Assembly: GCA_038064195.1 (NCBI GenBank) | Contig: JBBTTO010000002.1 | Coordinates: forward strand, 141,356-205,355 | Source: Patescibacteria group bacterium | GTDB lineage: Bacteria > Patescibacteriota > Microgenomatia > Levybacterales > UBA12049 | DNA length: 64,000 bases | Direction of reading: 5' to 3' | Made by a program: the position numbers and the translations under genes | Shown: positions 36,996 to 47,220 of the stretch, piece after piece | Layout: each line of letters opens with the position of its first letter | Position numbering within the stretch: the first letter of the stretch is position 1 | Notes under the pieces: model-generated | Told to the model about the DNA's origin: nothing | Seen by the model: only the letters and a program-made list of their open reading frames with translations | Databases searched by the model: none

Positions 36996-38522
36996 ATGAT
37001 TGTCGTTGTAGATTTCGGCTCCCAAACGGCAAACCTCATTGAACGCCGCATCCGTGATCTTGGTGTCACGACAAAATTTCTCCCTCCCGAAGAAGCGCTC
37101 GAATTTATTAAGAAAAATAGACCTGCAGGTATTATTTTGTCAGGCGGCCCCTCCTCTGTTTATGATGACGGCTCCCCTACTATCGATCCTGATATTTTCA
37201 AATTGGGTATTCCCTTACTCGCAATTTGTTATGGTATGCAGCTTATGATGTTACTTGATGGTGGGCAAGTCGTCTCAGGTAAAAAAGAATACGGTCCGGC
37301 TAAATTAAGAATTAAGAATCAAGAATTAAGAATGACGAAGAGTTTGGCTAGGGAATTTACGGTATGGATGTCACATGGCGATGAAGTTATCGCTATTCCT
37401 CCTCGATTTGAGGTTTTGGGTTCAACAGACCATGTCCCATATGCTTTGGTAGCAAATGATAAAGATAGACTCTATGGTCTGCTTTTTCATCCTGAAGTAG
37501 AACACACCGAGTACGGAGATACTATCCTTAAGAATTTTGTCGGGTTAACAGAAGCAAAGATTGAGAAGAAAGAGATAAATATTGAGGAAATCATTGAGGG
37601 CATAAGACAAAAGGTCGGTGATGCTGTCGTGATCGGTGCAGTATCGGGTGGCGTTGATTCAACTGTTGCTGCAGCCTTAACAGCCAAAGCCATCGGTAGA
37701 CAGTTTTATCCTTTTTACGTAGATAACGGTCTCATGCGAATCGGAACGACAGAGCAGGTACGAGACATATTCAAACATATAGGAGTGCCAGTCGATATTA
37801 TCGAATGTGAGAAGGAAATGTTATCACGATTAGAAGGAGTATCTGATCCTGAGAAGAAAAGAAAAATAATCGGAGGGTTTTATATAGAGAAATTTGAGGA
37901 GGAAATGCACAAGTTGCAAAAAACAGGCAAGAATGTAAAATTCCTGCTCCAAGGCACTATTTATTCTGACGTCATTGAGAGTAAAGGGACAAGACATGCC
38001 GATAAGATTAAGTCTCATCACAATGTCGGAGGACTGCCAGAGAATATGAAGCTTGATCTGCTTGAACCACTGAGGACTTTTTATAAGGATGAGGTGCGTG
38101 CTATAGGAAGTAGATTAGAGCTCCCTGATGAATTTGTTTGGAAGCAAGTCTTTCCGGGACCTGGTTATGGAGTGCGTATTCGGGGAGAGATAACACAAGA
38201 CAGGCTGATAGCCGAGAGAATGGCGGATAAGATCGTCATGGAAGAAATTACTAAGGCTGGTTGGTTACGCAAAGTGTATATGTCTTTTGCGATTATGACC
38301 GGGGCGGAGTCAACAGCTGTCAAAGGAGATGGGAGAGCATTTAGTGAGGTAGTTGCAGTGCGGGTAATTGAATCGAAGGATGTAATGACAACAAATTGGT
38401 CTCACCTCCCCTATGAAGTCTTGCAAAATATTTCAAGCCGGATTGTGAATGAAGTACCCCATATTTCCCGTGTGGTCTATGATATCACCACCAAGCCCCC
38501 GGCCACCATGGAGTGGGAGTAG
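36996..38522 (+). CDS. guaA: GMP synthase (glutamine-hydrolysing)
   Basis: 508 aa; GATase N-domain MIVVVDFGSQ..., PP-loop GAVSGGVDSTV. Confidence 0.95.
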   Translation: MIVVVDFGSQTANLIERRIRDLGVTTKFLPPEEALEFIKKNRPAGIILSGGPSSVYDDGSPTIDPDIFKLGIPLLAICYGMQLMMLLDGGQVVSGKKEYGPAKLRIKNQELRMTKSLAREFTVWMSHGDEVIAIPPRFEVLGSTDHVPYALVANDKDRLYGLLFHPEVEHTEYGDTILKNFVGLTEAKIEKKEINIEEIIEGIRQKVGDAVVIGAVSGGVDSTVAAALTAKAIGRQFYPFYVDNGLMRIGTTEQVRDIFKHIGVPVDIIECEKEMLSRLEGVSDPEKKRKIIGGFYIEKFEEEMHKLQKTGKNVKFLLQGTIYSDVIESKGTRHADKIKSHHNVGGLPENMKLDLLEPLRTFYKDEVRAIGSRLELPDEFVWKQVFPGPGYGVRIRGEITQDRLIAERMADKIVMEEITKAGWLRKVYMSFAIMTGAESTAVKGDGRAFSEVVAVRVIESKDVMTTNWSHLPYEVLQNISSRIVNEVPHISRVVYDITTKPPATMEWE

Positions 38523-38607
38523 AAAGAACGTGCTACAATAACAGTCGAAAGTCGCAAGCCAGTGGTCTGAAAAACATTCGACCTTCGACTAACGACTTTT
38601 AACTAAA

Positions 38608-40383
38608 ATGGACCAGGTAGCTCAAATCAGAGATAAATTAGATATAGTTGCCCTTCTCTCAGAATATATTACTGTCAAAAAGGGCGGGCGAAATTTTAAA
38701 GCGCTTTGTCCGTTCCACAATGAGAAGTCCCCGTCATTTATGATTTCACCAGAACGGCAGGTCTGGCATTGTTTTGGCTGTGGCAAGGGCGGGGATATCT
38801 ATACCTTCCTTATGGAATACGAGCATATCGAGTTTCCGGAAGCTCTTCGGGTGCTGGCTAAAAAAGCAGGTATTGAATTGGTGCAGACTAAAGCTGAGGC
38901 AGGACTTACGTCTCGTAAAGAGCGGCTGTATGGGCTTAACGCAATAGCCGCTGAGTATTATCACTATATTTTGACCAAGCACAAAGTCGGTGAGCGAGCG
39001 CGCAACTATCTTAAAGGCAGGGGTCTTAATGACAAAGTGATTGAGACATTTCAACTGGGCTTTGCCCCCGGCGTCGGGACGGCGCTTTGTGACTATCTTC
39101 TTAAGAAAAAAAACTATGCCAAAGAGGATTTACTTGAGGCAGGGCTCGCCTTCTCACGAGGGGCGGGGGTAGGAGATTTTTTTCGCGGGAGGCTGATGTT
39201 CCCGCTTATTGATCACCGGGATAATGTGGTCGGCTTTTCCGGTCGGATACTTGATAACGATATCAAGACCTCAAAATATATTAATACCCGCGAGACCTTG
39301 ATCTATCACAAAGGTGAAGGCTTTTATGGTCTTAATGTCACTAAGGACGCGATACGAAAAGCAGGTCAGGCAATACTTGTTGAGGGAGAGTTTGATGTCC
39401 TGACCTCATTTCAGGCAGGAGTCAGCAATCTGGTCGCTGTCAAAGGAACAGCACTCACTGAGATGCAGATTGCACTTATTGCCAGATATGCACCCAAAGT
39501 GAGTATTCTTTTTGACGGGGATCGGGCAGGTCAGGAGGCCATCAAAAGGAGTCTGCCTTTATTTGAGCGTAAAGGGATACAGGCATCGGTCATCCTGCTT
39601 GAAGGAGGCAAAGATCCTGATGAGGCCATCAAAAATAACGAAATAGGCTATAAGCAGGCAGTCAAAAAAGATGTGGCAGTCTATGACTATCTTTTCGATG
39701 CGGCTTTACAGGAAGGAGATAAAGAGACAGCTGAAGGAAAAAAAGCTATAGCGGATGCGTTCCTGCCGGTTGTCGCTTCGATGACAAATGAGATCATTAA
39801 AGAGCATTATCTGCGCAAAATAAGTACAGTTCTTGAGACAAGCTATGAGAGCATTGTCAAAGAGCTGGATCGCAAGCTGCAGCAGGTCAAAACGCTTCAT
39901 GTCAAAGTGCCACCCGTTACTGTCCAGAAGCAGTCGCGTGAGGAGATGCTTGAGGAGTATTTACTCTCACTTATCATGCAGTCAAGCAGCCCAAAGCAGG
40001 CTCTGGATAAAGCTGTCGCGATATTATCCGCAAGTCTGAGTAAAGAAAAAGCTTATCAGAAGCTCATTGATCACCTCATGACGTATTTTGCCGAGCATGA
40101 GGCTTTTGATCAGGCAATTTTTTCACAGCAACTTCCACAAGAACTGCATTTTACCTATAACAAAAGCATGCTCTTCCCCCTTCCCCCTTTTGAGACTGAT
40201 GGACAGTATCAAAAAGAAATTGATAAAGTCGCCAGGCAACTGAAGGATATTTATTTACGCGAGAGATTAAAATCAGTCAGTGAGCAGATTGTCTCGCTTG
40301 AAAAAGATGGCAATGAGTCAGAGGTACTAACGCTTAAAGAAGAGTACGCGGATCTTCTCAAAAACCTCAAAAATCTCCATTAA
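38608..40383 (+). CDS. dnaG: DNA primase
   Basis: 591 aa; zinc finger CPFHNEKSPSFMISPERQVWHCFGCGKGGD; TOPRIM EGEFDVLT. Confidence 0.95.
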   Translation: MDQVAQIRDKLDIVALLSEYITVKKGGRNFKALCPFHNEKSPSFMISPERQVWHCFGCGKGGDIYTFLMEYEHIEFPEALRVLAKKAGIELVQTKAEAGLTSRKERLYGLNAIAAEYYHYILTKHKVGERARNYLKGRGLNDKVIETFQLGFAPGVGTALCDYLLKKKNYAKEDLLEAGLAFSRGAGVGDFFRGRLMFPLIDHRDNVVGFSGRILDNDIKTSKYINTRETLIYHKGEGFYGLNVTKDAIRKAGQAILVEGEFDVLTSFQAGVSNLVAVKGTALTEMQIALIARYAPKVSILFDGDRAGQEAIKRSLPLFERKGIQASVILLEGGKDPDEAIKNNEIGYKQAVKKDVAVYDYLFDAALQEGDKETAEGKKAIADAFLPVVASMTNEIIKEHYLRKISTVLETSYESIVKELDRKLQQVKTLHVKVPPVTVQKQSREEMLEEYLLSLIMQSSSPKQALDKAVAILSASLSKEKAYQKLIDHLMTYFAEHEAFDQAIFSQQLPQELHFTYNKSMLFPLPPFETDGQYQKEIDKVARQLKDIYLRERLKSVSEQIVSLEKDGNESEVLTLKEEYADLLKNLKNLH

Positions 40384-40465
40384 CAGATAGCAATTTGCTC
40401 TAAAATATGCTACTATCTAGGTCAATAAGCCCGGAGGGACCGTGGGCTTTCTTTGGTTGGAGAAT

Positions 40466-41551
40466 ATGAATAAGACAAAAACACATAACATCCTTGATGA
40501 TGTCGTAACTTCGGCAAAAAAGCGTGGGTATATCACTCAGGAGGAGATCTTAGGGATTTACGCTAAGCCTGAAGATCATATCTTAGATCTCGACTCCCTC
40601 TATGACCGCTTGATGAAGCTTGATATTGATGTTTTTGAGAGTGTTTCACAGGAGCAGGATGCGCAAAAGCCGATTGAGGATTTGGAGAAAGAGCTAGAGG
40701 CTCTCACCATCATGACTGAAGGGACAGTTTCTGATCCCGTCCGCATGTACTTAAAAGAAATCGGTCGTATCCCCCTCCTTACCTTCAATCAGGAAATCGA
40801 ACTGGCCAAAAAAGTTGAAAAAAGTGATGACGCTGCCAAGCAAATGCTGATCAACTCCAATTTGCGCTTAGTTGTCTCTATCGCCAAAAAATATATCGGT
40901 CGTGGGCTATCCTTACTTGATCTGATCCAAGAAGGCAACCAGGGTCTCATCCGTGCCGTTGAAAAATACGACTGGAGACGGGGTTATAAATTCTCAACCT
41001 ATGCTACCTGGTGGATTAGGCAATCCGTAACGCGTGCTATCGCTGACCAGGCACGTACGATCCGTATTCCTGTCCACATGGTTGAGAATATTAATCGCTT
41101 TCTCCGCGCATCGCGTAAACTCATGCAGGAGCTTGGGCGTGAGCCTACCCCTGAGGAAGTAGCGGCAGTCTTAGGTATTGAGCCTGAGAAAGCTTTAGAG
41201 ATCATCAAGATCTCCCAAAATCCTGCTTCACTTGAGGCACCGGTTGGAGATGAGGAAGACTCAAGGCTCGGAGATTTTATCTCTGATTCATCAGCCCCGA
41301 CACTTTTTGACTCTGCCTCGCGTGAGTTACTCAAAGAGCAAGTCGATCAGGTACTGGGGACACTCTCAGATCGTGAACGACGCGTCTTAGAAGAACGATT
41401 TGGTCTCAAAGACGGTAGACCTAAGACACTTGAGGAAGTAGGACGTATGTTTGCTGTTACCCGTGAGCGTATCCGACAGATTGAAGCTAAGGCTCTCAGA
41501 AAATTACGACATCCATCACGAGGTAATAAGTTAAAAGATTATCTGGGTTAA
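40466..41551 (+). CDS. rpoD: RNA polymerase sigma factor (sigma-70/RpoD)
   Basis: The track starts at 40442 with a non-ATG start. ATG at 40466 (GGAG RBS) gives MNKTKTH... It has region 2 [34 protein letters not shown] and region 4. Confidence 0.9.
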   Translation: MNKTKTHNILDDVVTSAKKRGYITQEEILGIYAKPEDHILDLDSLYDRLMKLDIDVFESVSQEQDAQKPIEDLEKELEALTIMTEGTVSDPVRMYLKEIGRIPLLTFNQEIELAKKVEKSDDAAKQMLINSNLRLVVSIAKKYIGRGLSLLDLIQEGNQGLIRAVEKYDWRRGYKFSTYATWWIRQSVTRAIADQARTIRIPVHMVENINRFLRASRKLMQELGREPTPEEVAAVLGIEPEKALEIIKISQNPASLEAPVGDEEDSRLGDFISDSSAPTLFDSASRELLKEQVDQVLGTLSDRERRVLEERFGLKDGRPKTLEEVGRMFAVTRERIRQIEAKALRKLRHPSRGNKLKDYLG

Positions 41552-42165
41552 GCCTTCTTTTTATAAAAAACTAATAACGCATAAGGGGTGAGAGAGACTA
41601 TGTTAACTATGGCTGAGAGGATGAATAACAGCCGGAAGCCATAACTTTCCGCGATAAATCCACCTAGTGCTGCGGCTAAGGCTATAGCGATAAAAGCCGT
41701 CGCATCCGCCAGTCCCCACTCCACAGTTGCTTTCTCTTTATCCAAATGCTCAGAAAAAAGTGCCCCCTTAGGTGGCGAGGCGATACCAAAGCCGATTCCT
41801 GCAACCGCATAAAAGATAAAGAGATGCATGATCGTGAAGGACATGGCAAAGCCAACATAGGCTATTGTCATGAGTGAAATTCCCAGCATCGTAAACATAA
41901 GTAACTTACGATCAGAGCCTTTGGTCGCGATACGGGCGATGATCAGCTCGGTGATGACACGCACGATGAGGTGAACACTGTAAGCTGAGGCGGCAATTTG
42001 GATCTGCCCGCCTGCGATGTTAGTCGTGGCAAAGATGGCAAAAATAGGGGCAACGAAGTTCCAGGCCGCCCAGAGGAAACTCTCTGAGACGATAAAAGCT
42101 TTGACGATAGGATTGATATGAAAGCTCGATGGAGCTTTACCTAGGAATACTTCTCTGATCATCAT
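41548..42165 (-). CDS. Six-TM MFS-like membrane protein (half-size)
   Basis: 205 aa, 6 predicted TM helices; resembles one half of an MFS transporter; possible fragment. Confidence 0.55.
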   Translation of the reverse strand: MMIREVFLGKAPSSFHINPIVKAFIVSESFLWAAWNFVAPIFAIFATTNIAGGQIQIAASAYSVHLIVRVITELIIARIATKGSDRKLLMFTMLGISLMTIAYVGFAMSFTIMHLFIFYAVAGIGFGIASPPKGALFSEHLDKEKATVEWGLADATAFIAIALAAALGGFIAESYGFRLLFILSAIVNIVSLTPYALLVFYKKKA

Positions 42166-42212
42166 TTTAGTCTAGCACAACAGCTAGAAAAGAGAAGTAG
42201 TTTTTGTTAAAG

Positions 42213-42557
42213 TTATTCTTTGGGTTGAGGAGTCTGCTCTTCACGTTGTGATCTGTCTGGATACTTCCATGTCTCCGTTATGCCCACAACTTTACCTGCT
42301 TCATCACGCTCTTCTGCATAAATAACTCTTCCAACATAGTGTGCATCATCTCTCCAGTCAGGTCGCAGGCCTGGAGTTGTCGGTAATCTATCATCATTAT
42401 CCTGGTTCACACCACCATACAGCCAACGCTCTAGTTCTCTATTGGCTGCATAGACATCAGGTCCGTCGGCCGTTCCTGTGGTAGTATCCTCGGTTGGGGC
42501 TATATCTTCAGGAGAAATGCCGTGTGGTTCTCTTTCTGCCATACCATTTTTTAACAT
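42213..42557 (-). CDS. Hypothetical protein
   Basis: 114 aa, acidic/Pro-rich, no domain recognised. Confidence 0.45.
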   Translation of the reverse strand: MLKNGMAEREPHGISPEDIAPTEDTTTGTADGPDVYAANRELERWLYGGVNQDNDDRLPTTPGLRPDWRDDAHYVGRVIYAEERDEAGKVVGITETWKYPDRSQREEQTPQPKE

Positions 42558-42658
42558 ATTTCAACACCTAAAGCAACAATTATTTATATGTTCAGAATTG
42601 ACCTATGTGACTATGGATTTTTAGATAGGCTGATGCTAGAATATGCAGACGTTTCCAT

Positions 42659-42733
42659 TCCCCTGTAGCTCAATGGTAGAGCAGGAAGCTGTTAACTTCA
42701 AGGTTCGAGGTTCGAATCCTCGCGGGGGAGCCA
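42659..42733 (+). tRNA. tRNA-Asn(GUU), CCA encoded
   Basis: TCCCCTG-TA-GCTC-AATGGTA-GAGC-A-GGAAG-CTGTTAA-CTTCA-AGGTT-CGAGG-TTCGAAT-CCTCG-CGGGGGA-G-CCA. Confidence 0.85.
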
Positions 42734-42779
42734 GGTACAAAATTAGTATACGTGAGATGTTCTTATTATAACCTCGAAA

Positions 42780-43370
42780 GTGTCTAAAAAACTGAATATA
42801 ATTAAAACGGATAAACCTTTCTGGTTTTTCACTGACCAAGCAGATGAAGACTATATTTCCGCTAGACTTCTTTCATGCTGTGGTAATACTTTATGGCATG
42901 TCGCCGCTTACCATTCCCACCAAGCAGTTGAAAAATACATTAAATCGTATTTAGTTCAAGAGAAAAAAGAATATCCCGATACACATAATTTAAAAGCGAT
43001 CGGTAAACTGGCTGAAGAACTTAACGCAATTTTCAAAGAAGAAAAGACAAAGCAGCAATTAGAACTATTTGATCAATTCGAACAAGTATCGAGATATGGA
43101 GGATTCGCGAAATATGACCCGTCTTCTGTGCGGACTCAAAACTATACAATTGTAGGTGGCTTTGCATGGACTGATAGCAACATTAGACAATTAGATGAAT
43201 TAGTTTTTAATATACGAGGCTTATTAGATTTTTCATCTAAACCAACGCTTGATAACCTTAAGAGCGTTTTGAATGAAGACAGTAAGATCGGATTTGTTTC
43301 TGACTGGAAACTCCCAACTTTATCAATAAAACAGGTTCTTACCCAAGATAACCAATACTTTAAGAGGTAG
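42780..43370 (+). CDS. HEPN-domain protein (PF05168-like)
   Basis: 196 aa; helix HQAVEKYIKSYL and downstream ...VSRYGGFAKYDP match the HEPN A.EKalKa.L / RY pattern; AT-rich gene. Confidence 0.55.
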   Translation: MSKKLNIIKTDKPFWFFTDQADEDYISARLLSCCGNTLWHVAAYHSHQAVEKYIKSYLVQEKKEYPDTHNLKAIGKLAEELNAIFKEEKTKQQLELFDQFEQVSRYGGFAKYDPSSVRTQNYTIVGGFAWTDSNIRQLDELVFNIRGLLDFSSKPTLDNLKSVLNEDSKIGFVSDWKLPTLSIKQVLTQDNQYFKR

Positions 43371-43377
43371 TATTGTT

Positions 43378-44202
43378 TTGAGAGCCCTTTTAGAACAGCC
43401 CGAGTTAAATTTTAAAATCATGTGGACACTTAAAACTGAAAGAGCTAAAGAACATAAAGAAGAACTATTAAAAGAGATAAAAGCTTTCTTTGACTCTAAA
43501 CCATACACGATAGGAACAAAAACTGATCCTCAAACAAAACGTCTTATTTATTATGTTGCCAAAGCTGAAAAAGTACCCGATAAGATAGCGTTAATAACTG
43601 GTGATATTATCCAAAATCTTCGAAGTACATTAGACCACTTAATCTATCAACTTTTTATAGTTAATTCTAAAGACGCAAAATCCGCTAGCCATCTTTATTT
43701 TCCCATATTGGAAAACCTTGCGATGTACGAAAAAGAAAAAGGAAGAAAAACCAAGGGAATTTCTCAATCAGCCTTAAATTTAATAGATAAAGCGAAACCT
43801 TATAAAGGAGGGAACGATATTCTATGGGAAATTCACGAGCTCAACAATATCGACAAACATCGTCTATTAGTCACAGTAGGTTCTTCCTTTGGAAGCGTAG
43901 ATATTGGTGCTCACATGCAAGAATTAATGAAGACTTCATTTCCCAATTTTGACATGCCTGAAATGCCCGTATTTATAAAACCCGCAGACATACTGTTTCC
44001 ACTTAAGTATGGTGATGAGTTATTTATTGATGCCCCTGACGCTAAACCGATTTCAAATATGAAGTTTAGATTTAATTTAGTTTTAAATGAACCAGGAATT
44101 GTTGAAGGAAAGCCAATTACTGGCCTGGTCCAATCAATGATTGCTGAGGTAGAGAATCTAATAACTATTTTTGATGAAGAAACAAAAGGAAGTAATCATT
44201 AA
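43378..44202 (+). CDS. Hypothetical protein with HEPN-type R-x4-H motif (NLRSTLDHLIYQL)
   Basis: 274 aa; AT-rich; contains RSTLDH (R-x4-H) in a predicted helix; otherwise unrecognised. Confidence 0.55.
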   Translation: MRALLEQPELNFKIMWTLKTERAKEHKEELLKEIKAFFDSKPYTIGTKTDPQTKRLIYYVAKAEKVPDKIALITGDIIQNLRSTLDHLIYQLFIVNSKDAKSASHLYFPILENLAMYEKEKGRKTKGISQSALNLIDKAKPYKGGNDILWEIHELNNIDKHRLLVTVGSSFGSVDIGAHMQELMKTSFPNFDMPEMPVFIKPADILFPLKYGDELFIDAPDAKPISNMKFRFNLVLNEPGIVEGKPITGLVQSMIAEVENLITIFDEETKGSNH

Positions 44203-44416
44203 ACACCAATTTGTAGTTTCTTAATCTCCTTCCACCTCATCTTCAATAACTCAACTTGAACTAAATCTTCAGAGGCTTTCAAAATCGTTGAAATTGTAAT
44301 CCTTAGTCTTCGGGAGTCTGGGAGCCAAGGTTGATTACTCCCTGGGGCGAAATATGTGATTTGACTTTTCTGCCTAGCTTTGTCAAACTATTTTTAAAGG
44401 AGGTGATTTTATAAAT

Positions 44417-44605
44417 ATGAATGCAATGTTTAAAGAATGCATGAGACCGCACGCACTTGTTCACATGGTATCAGGGGCTGCTATTGCTTTCTTGCTCTTA
44501 TACTTTGTTCCAAGCTTAACAGCTAATCTTTTAGTGCTTGGTGTCATATTATTTGTCACTGCTTTTATTTTGGAATTTTTTGTTAATCCAGCACGAAAAA
44601 AATAA
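44417..44605 (+). CDS. Small two-TM membrane protein
   Basis: 62 aa; strong RBS AAAGGAGGTGA 8 nt upstream; hydrophobic. Confidence 0.5.
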   Translation: MNAMFKECMRPHALVHMVSGAAIAFLLLYFVPSLTANLLVLGVILFVTAFILEFFVNPARKK

Positions 44606-44657
44606 TTCAAGAGGCGATTGATTTGCTCGCCCCGAATCTCGGAGCGCAGTCAAATTG

Positions 44658-45419
44658 TTATTTACAATAATCACTATTTTTGCCGCTTTGGGAGTCAGAT
44701 GACGGCAGAGACAATACTTTAGCTTTGTCCTTTGGAGAAATCCAATAGAACCAACAAACAGCATACTGCTCAATTTCATGAGGATGGTTGGCAGCCCAGG
44801 CAGGATCTTTTGAAGACTCGTTTTTTTGTCGATAATCGTATACTCCCCAGTCTAGAAAAGTATTTGTTCCATTTTTACTCGTGCCATCTTTTGTCAAACC
44901 CACAGCCGTAGCAATCACCTCTCCTTGTTTGATTTCAATTGGTGGATAAACTTGCGTGGTTCTTGAATCCAGACCTTTTGGCATAGGAAACTTGTTGGCA
45001 ATTTCCTGAAATTTGGGTGAGAGAGTTAGCAAATGTCCGAGACGGTAACGAACTCCGCAGGGATGCTCAAAATCAAAGGTGTACTGGATGTCTCCCGTAT
45101 TGGCCGGATACCTTGCCCCCGCTATAACCCTGGCATCAATAGGAGCTGTGACTAAAATGTCACCAGGAAGAGAATTTTCAAACCTGAAACCGCCATGAGC
45201 CTTGTAATCCCCGCCTCGTATTTGTCCAGGGTAAAGAACGGAAGTTGCCTTATTAATATCGATAGGCAGGGGAAAAATAAAAGGGTTAGGACATTGCTCA
45301 TGAGACTTTGTTATTTCTTCGATCTCTCTCATCGGCAATATCTTTTCCGGATCGCGAATCAGCGCAGAGATTACAAATATGACAAACCCAACTAAAACAA
45401 TAAGTAGGATTTTTTTCAT
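44658..45419 (-). CDS. Secreted/anchored hypothetical protein
   Basis: The track extends to 45491; the likely start is MKKILLIVLVGFVIFVISA (signal anchor). Confidence 0.6.
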   Translation of the reverse strand: MKKILLIVLVGFVIFVISALIRDPEKILPMREIEEITKSHEQCPNPFIFPLPIDINKATSVLYPGQIRGGDYKAHGGFRFENSLPGDILVTAPIDARVIAGARYPANTGDIQYTFDFEHPCGVRYRLGHLLTLSPKFQEIANKFPMPKGLDSRTTQVYPPIEIKQGEVIATAVGLTKDGTSKNGTNTFLDWGVYDYRQKNESSKDPAWAANHPHEIEQYAVCWFYWISPKDKAKVLSLPSSDSQSGKNSDYCK

Positions 45420-45703
45420 TACTTTAAATGTATCACAGTGTACGCATTTTAGCAGGAGTCCTCCACTCAAAGCTTTTTTATCTCTTTCCAACGTTGCCTC
45501 AATTCTCCGATCTGCCTGCTCATTCGAGTCTGAGCCTGAAGGCTCATCCCTCAGAGTCGAAGACCGGAAAGGAAGGTATAGCTAGCGTTCTCAAAAGACT
45601 TTGAATATTGCGTCAAAACTTTGCTGTATGCTGTCCTCAGGCGCGGAGAGCAAATTGACCCATAAAGTCTTTTAATATAACCAAGTATCGTTATTTGAAA
45701 TAA

Positions 45704-46558
45704 TCAGGTGGTGTAGAGGAAGCCAAGAAGGTTCAGGTACCACGGCTTATCAACTGTGATTATCGATCCGTTTTGAGCATTTATCTTGGTTTCAACGTTT
45801 GCCGTAACTGGTATCAAGCCAATAAACTTTCTGTCTTGTATTCCTGTTACTTCATAGTATGCTTGTCCGGCTTGAGCACCTAAGACTGCGGATTGAATAG
45901 TTGTTGGCTTATCTGCCGCGTCTATTCCGCTTAGCGCTTGAGAGGGAAGCGTATTGATAATTGTTACGCCGCTTGGAGTACGGATAGCAATAGTTTGAGT
46001 TTTTGGATCAATAACCACGGGATACTGTGTCTGAACACTGATGCCATTATTAAGCAGCGTTACTGTGCCGTCTTTATTTACGCTAATAGAAACAGTTCCG
46101 GCCTGGCTATTTTGGACGCTGATAAGAGAAGCTGTTGAAGACGGAATTGTCTTTTCACTTGAAGGACCATTTGTTCTCTCGATCTTTAACGTTCCTTCCC
46201 CGCTTTTTTCTGAGGTCGGATGAACTTCTACTCTTTCTACATTTCCTTGTTCCACTTCATTTTCAATTTCATCGTGAATATCTTCTGCTTCCTGTTCTTC
46301 TGCCTCTGTTGGTTCTTCTGCCTCTGGTGCTTCTGTTGGCTCTGGCGCCTCTACCTCTTCTGTCTCTTCTTGTTCTTCAGAAGCTTCTGATTCTTCACCA
46401 AGCACTGTTTGGTTATGCGTAGCTTCTCCAAGGACATTCGTTGCTTGTTGATTTCGATATGCTACTCCAAGAACAAGAAGGGAAATGATAAATACAGGAA
46501 GAAGGTATTTCAAGTTTGTGTTTGTATCACTTTTAACTTTTTTAAAACGTTTTTTCAT
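45704..46558 (-). CDS. Membrane-anchored protein with acidic linker
   Basis: The track extends to 46618; the likely start is MKKRFKKVKS. It has a TM helix, an EEQEETEEVEAPEPTEAPEAEEPTE acidic tract and a C-terminal beta-rich domain. Confidence 0.6.
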   Translation of the reverse strand: MKKRFKKVKSDTNTNLKYLLPVFIISLLVLGVAYRNQQATNVLGEATHNQTVLGEESEASEEQEETEEVEAPEPTEAPEAEEPTEAEEQEAEDIHDEIENEVEQGNVERVEVHPTSEKSGEGTLKIERTNGPSSEKTIPSSTASLISVQNSQAGTVSISVNKDGTVTLLNNGISVQTQYPVVIDPKTQTIAIRTPSGVTIINTLPSQALSGIDAADKPTTIQSAVLGAQAGQAYYEVTGIQDRKFIGLIPVTANVETKINAQNGSIITVDKPWYLNLLGFLYTT

Positions 46559-46775
46559 AAAGGCAGTTGTAGTAATTATTCCTCTATTTAGCGTAGTTGA
46601 GTTTTTGTTACATGTCAACCGCTCTCTCTGCTCAAAATATCGGACACGCTGAAGAGCATAAGATATTGCCTCGAAATAGAGGTTTACATTAGTTCAAGAC
46701 TCGGGGAGCAACACTTTTTAGCCTCAATCTTTTAGTACCCGACTTGACATCCGACCCTTTGATATAATTCGAAGC

Positions 46776-47117
46776 ATGACAGCAGATATTTCTATTGGTT
46801 TTGCTTCTAATTTAGTTCCACTGGTTTTAGATGGATCTAAAACCCTCACTTACCGAATTGGGGATAAATATGATTTTCTCAAAGTAGGAGATGAAATAGA
46901 CGTGAGAGACAGCTCTAATGATAATGTTTTTGCAAAGGTGAGAATTATTGAAAAAGATTACACAACTTTTTCTAACTTACCGATAAATAGAGCGGGACAT
47001 GAGGTATATTCGTCCAAGCAAGTACAGCGTGATACTTTTAAAAAATACTATGGTCAGGTAAAGGACGAGGAGAAAATACTCATTTTAGGTTTCTCAGTTA
47101 TAAAGAAGTATTCATAA
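46776..47117 (+). CDS. ASCH-domain protein
   Basis: 113 aa; VLDGSKTLTYRIGDKYDFLKVGDEI matches the ASCH/PUA-like GxKT.E.R core. Confidence 0.65.
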   Translation: MTADISIGFASNLVPLVLDGSKTLTYRIGDKYDFLKVGDEIDVRDSSNDNVFAKVRIIEKDYTTFSNLPINRAGHEVYSSKQVQRDTFKKYYGQVKDEEKILILGFSVIKKYS

Positions 47118-47220
47118 GATGGGTTATCGTTTGTTCCATCAGGTGGAGCCAGGTTTAAAACTATGGTCCTAGAACTTCTTAATATAACTACCCCATTTCA
47201 TTTCATGATATAATTAATTT

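Noticed and set aside
35933-37069. N-terminal 39-aa extension of the deaminase ORF, and similar extensions of gap (19050), rpoD (40442), LytR_C (6929), SpoIID (7008), 44658..45491 and 45704..46618
   Set aside because: The track takes the longest GTG/TTG-initiated ORF. Internal ATGs give canonical N-termini or signal peptides and leave room for promoters.
42636-42839. 67-aa minus-strand ORF
   Set aside because: It lies across tRNA-Asn.
44203-44416. Structured leader (GGGAGT...ACTCCC hairpin) upstream of the 62-aa membrane peptide as a possible riboswitch
   Set aside because: It has no recognisable riboswitch consensus and is likely just a 5' UTR within the AT-rich islet.
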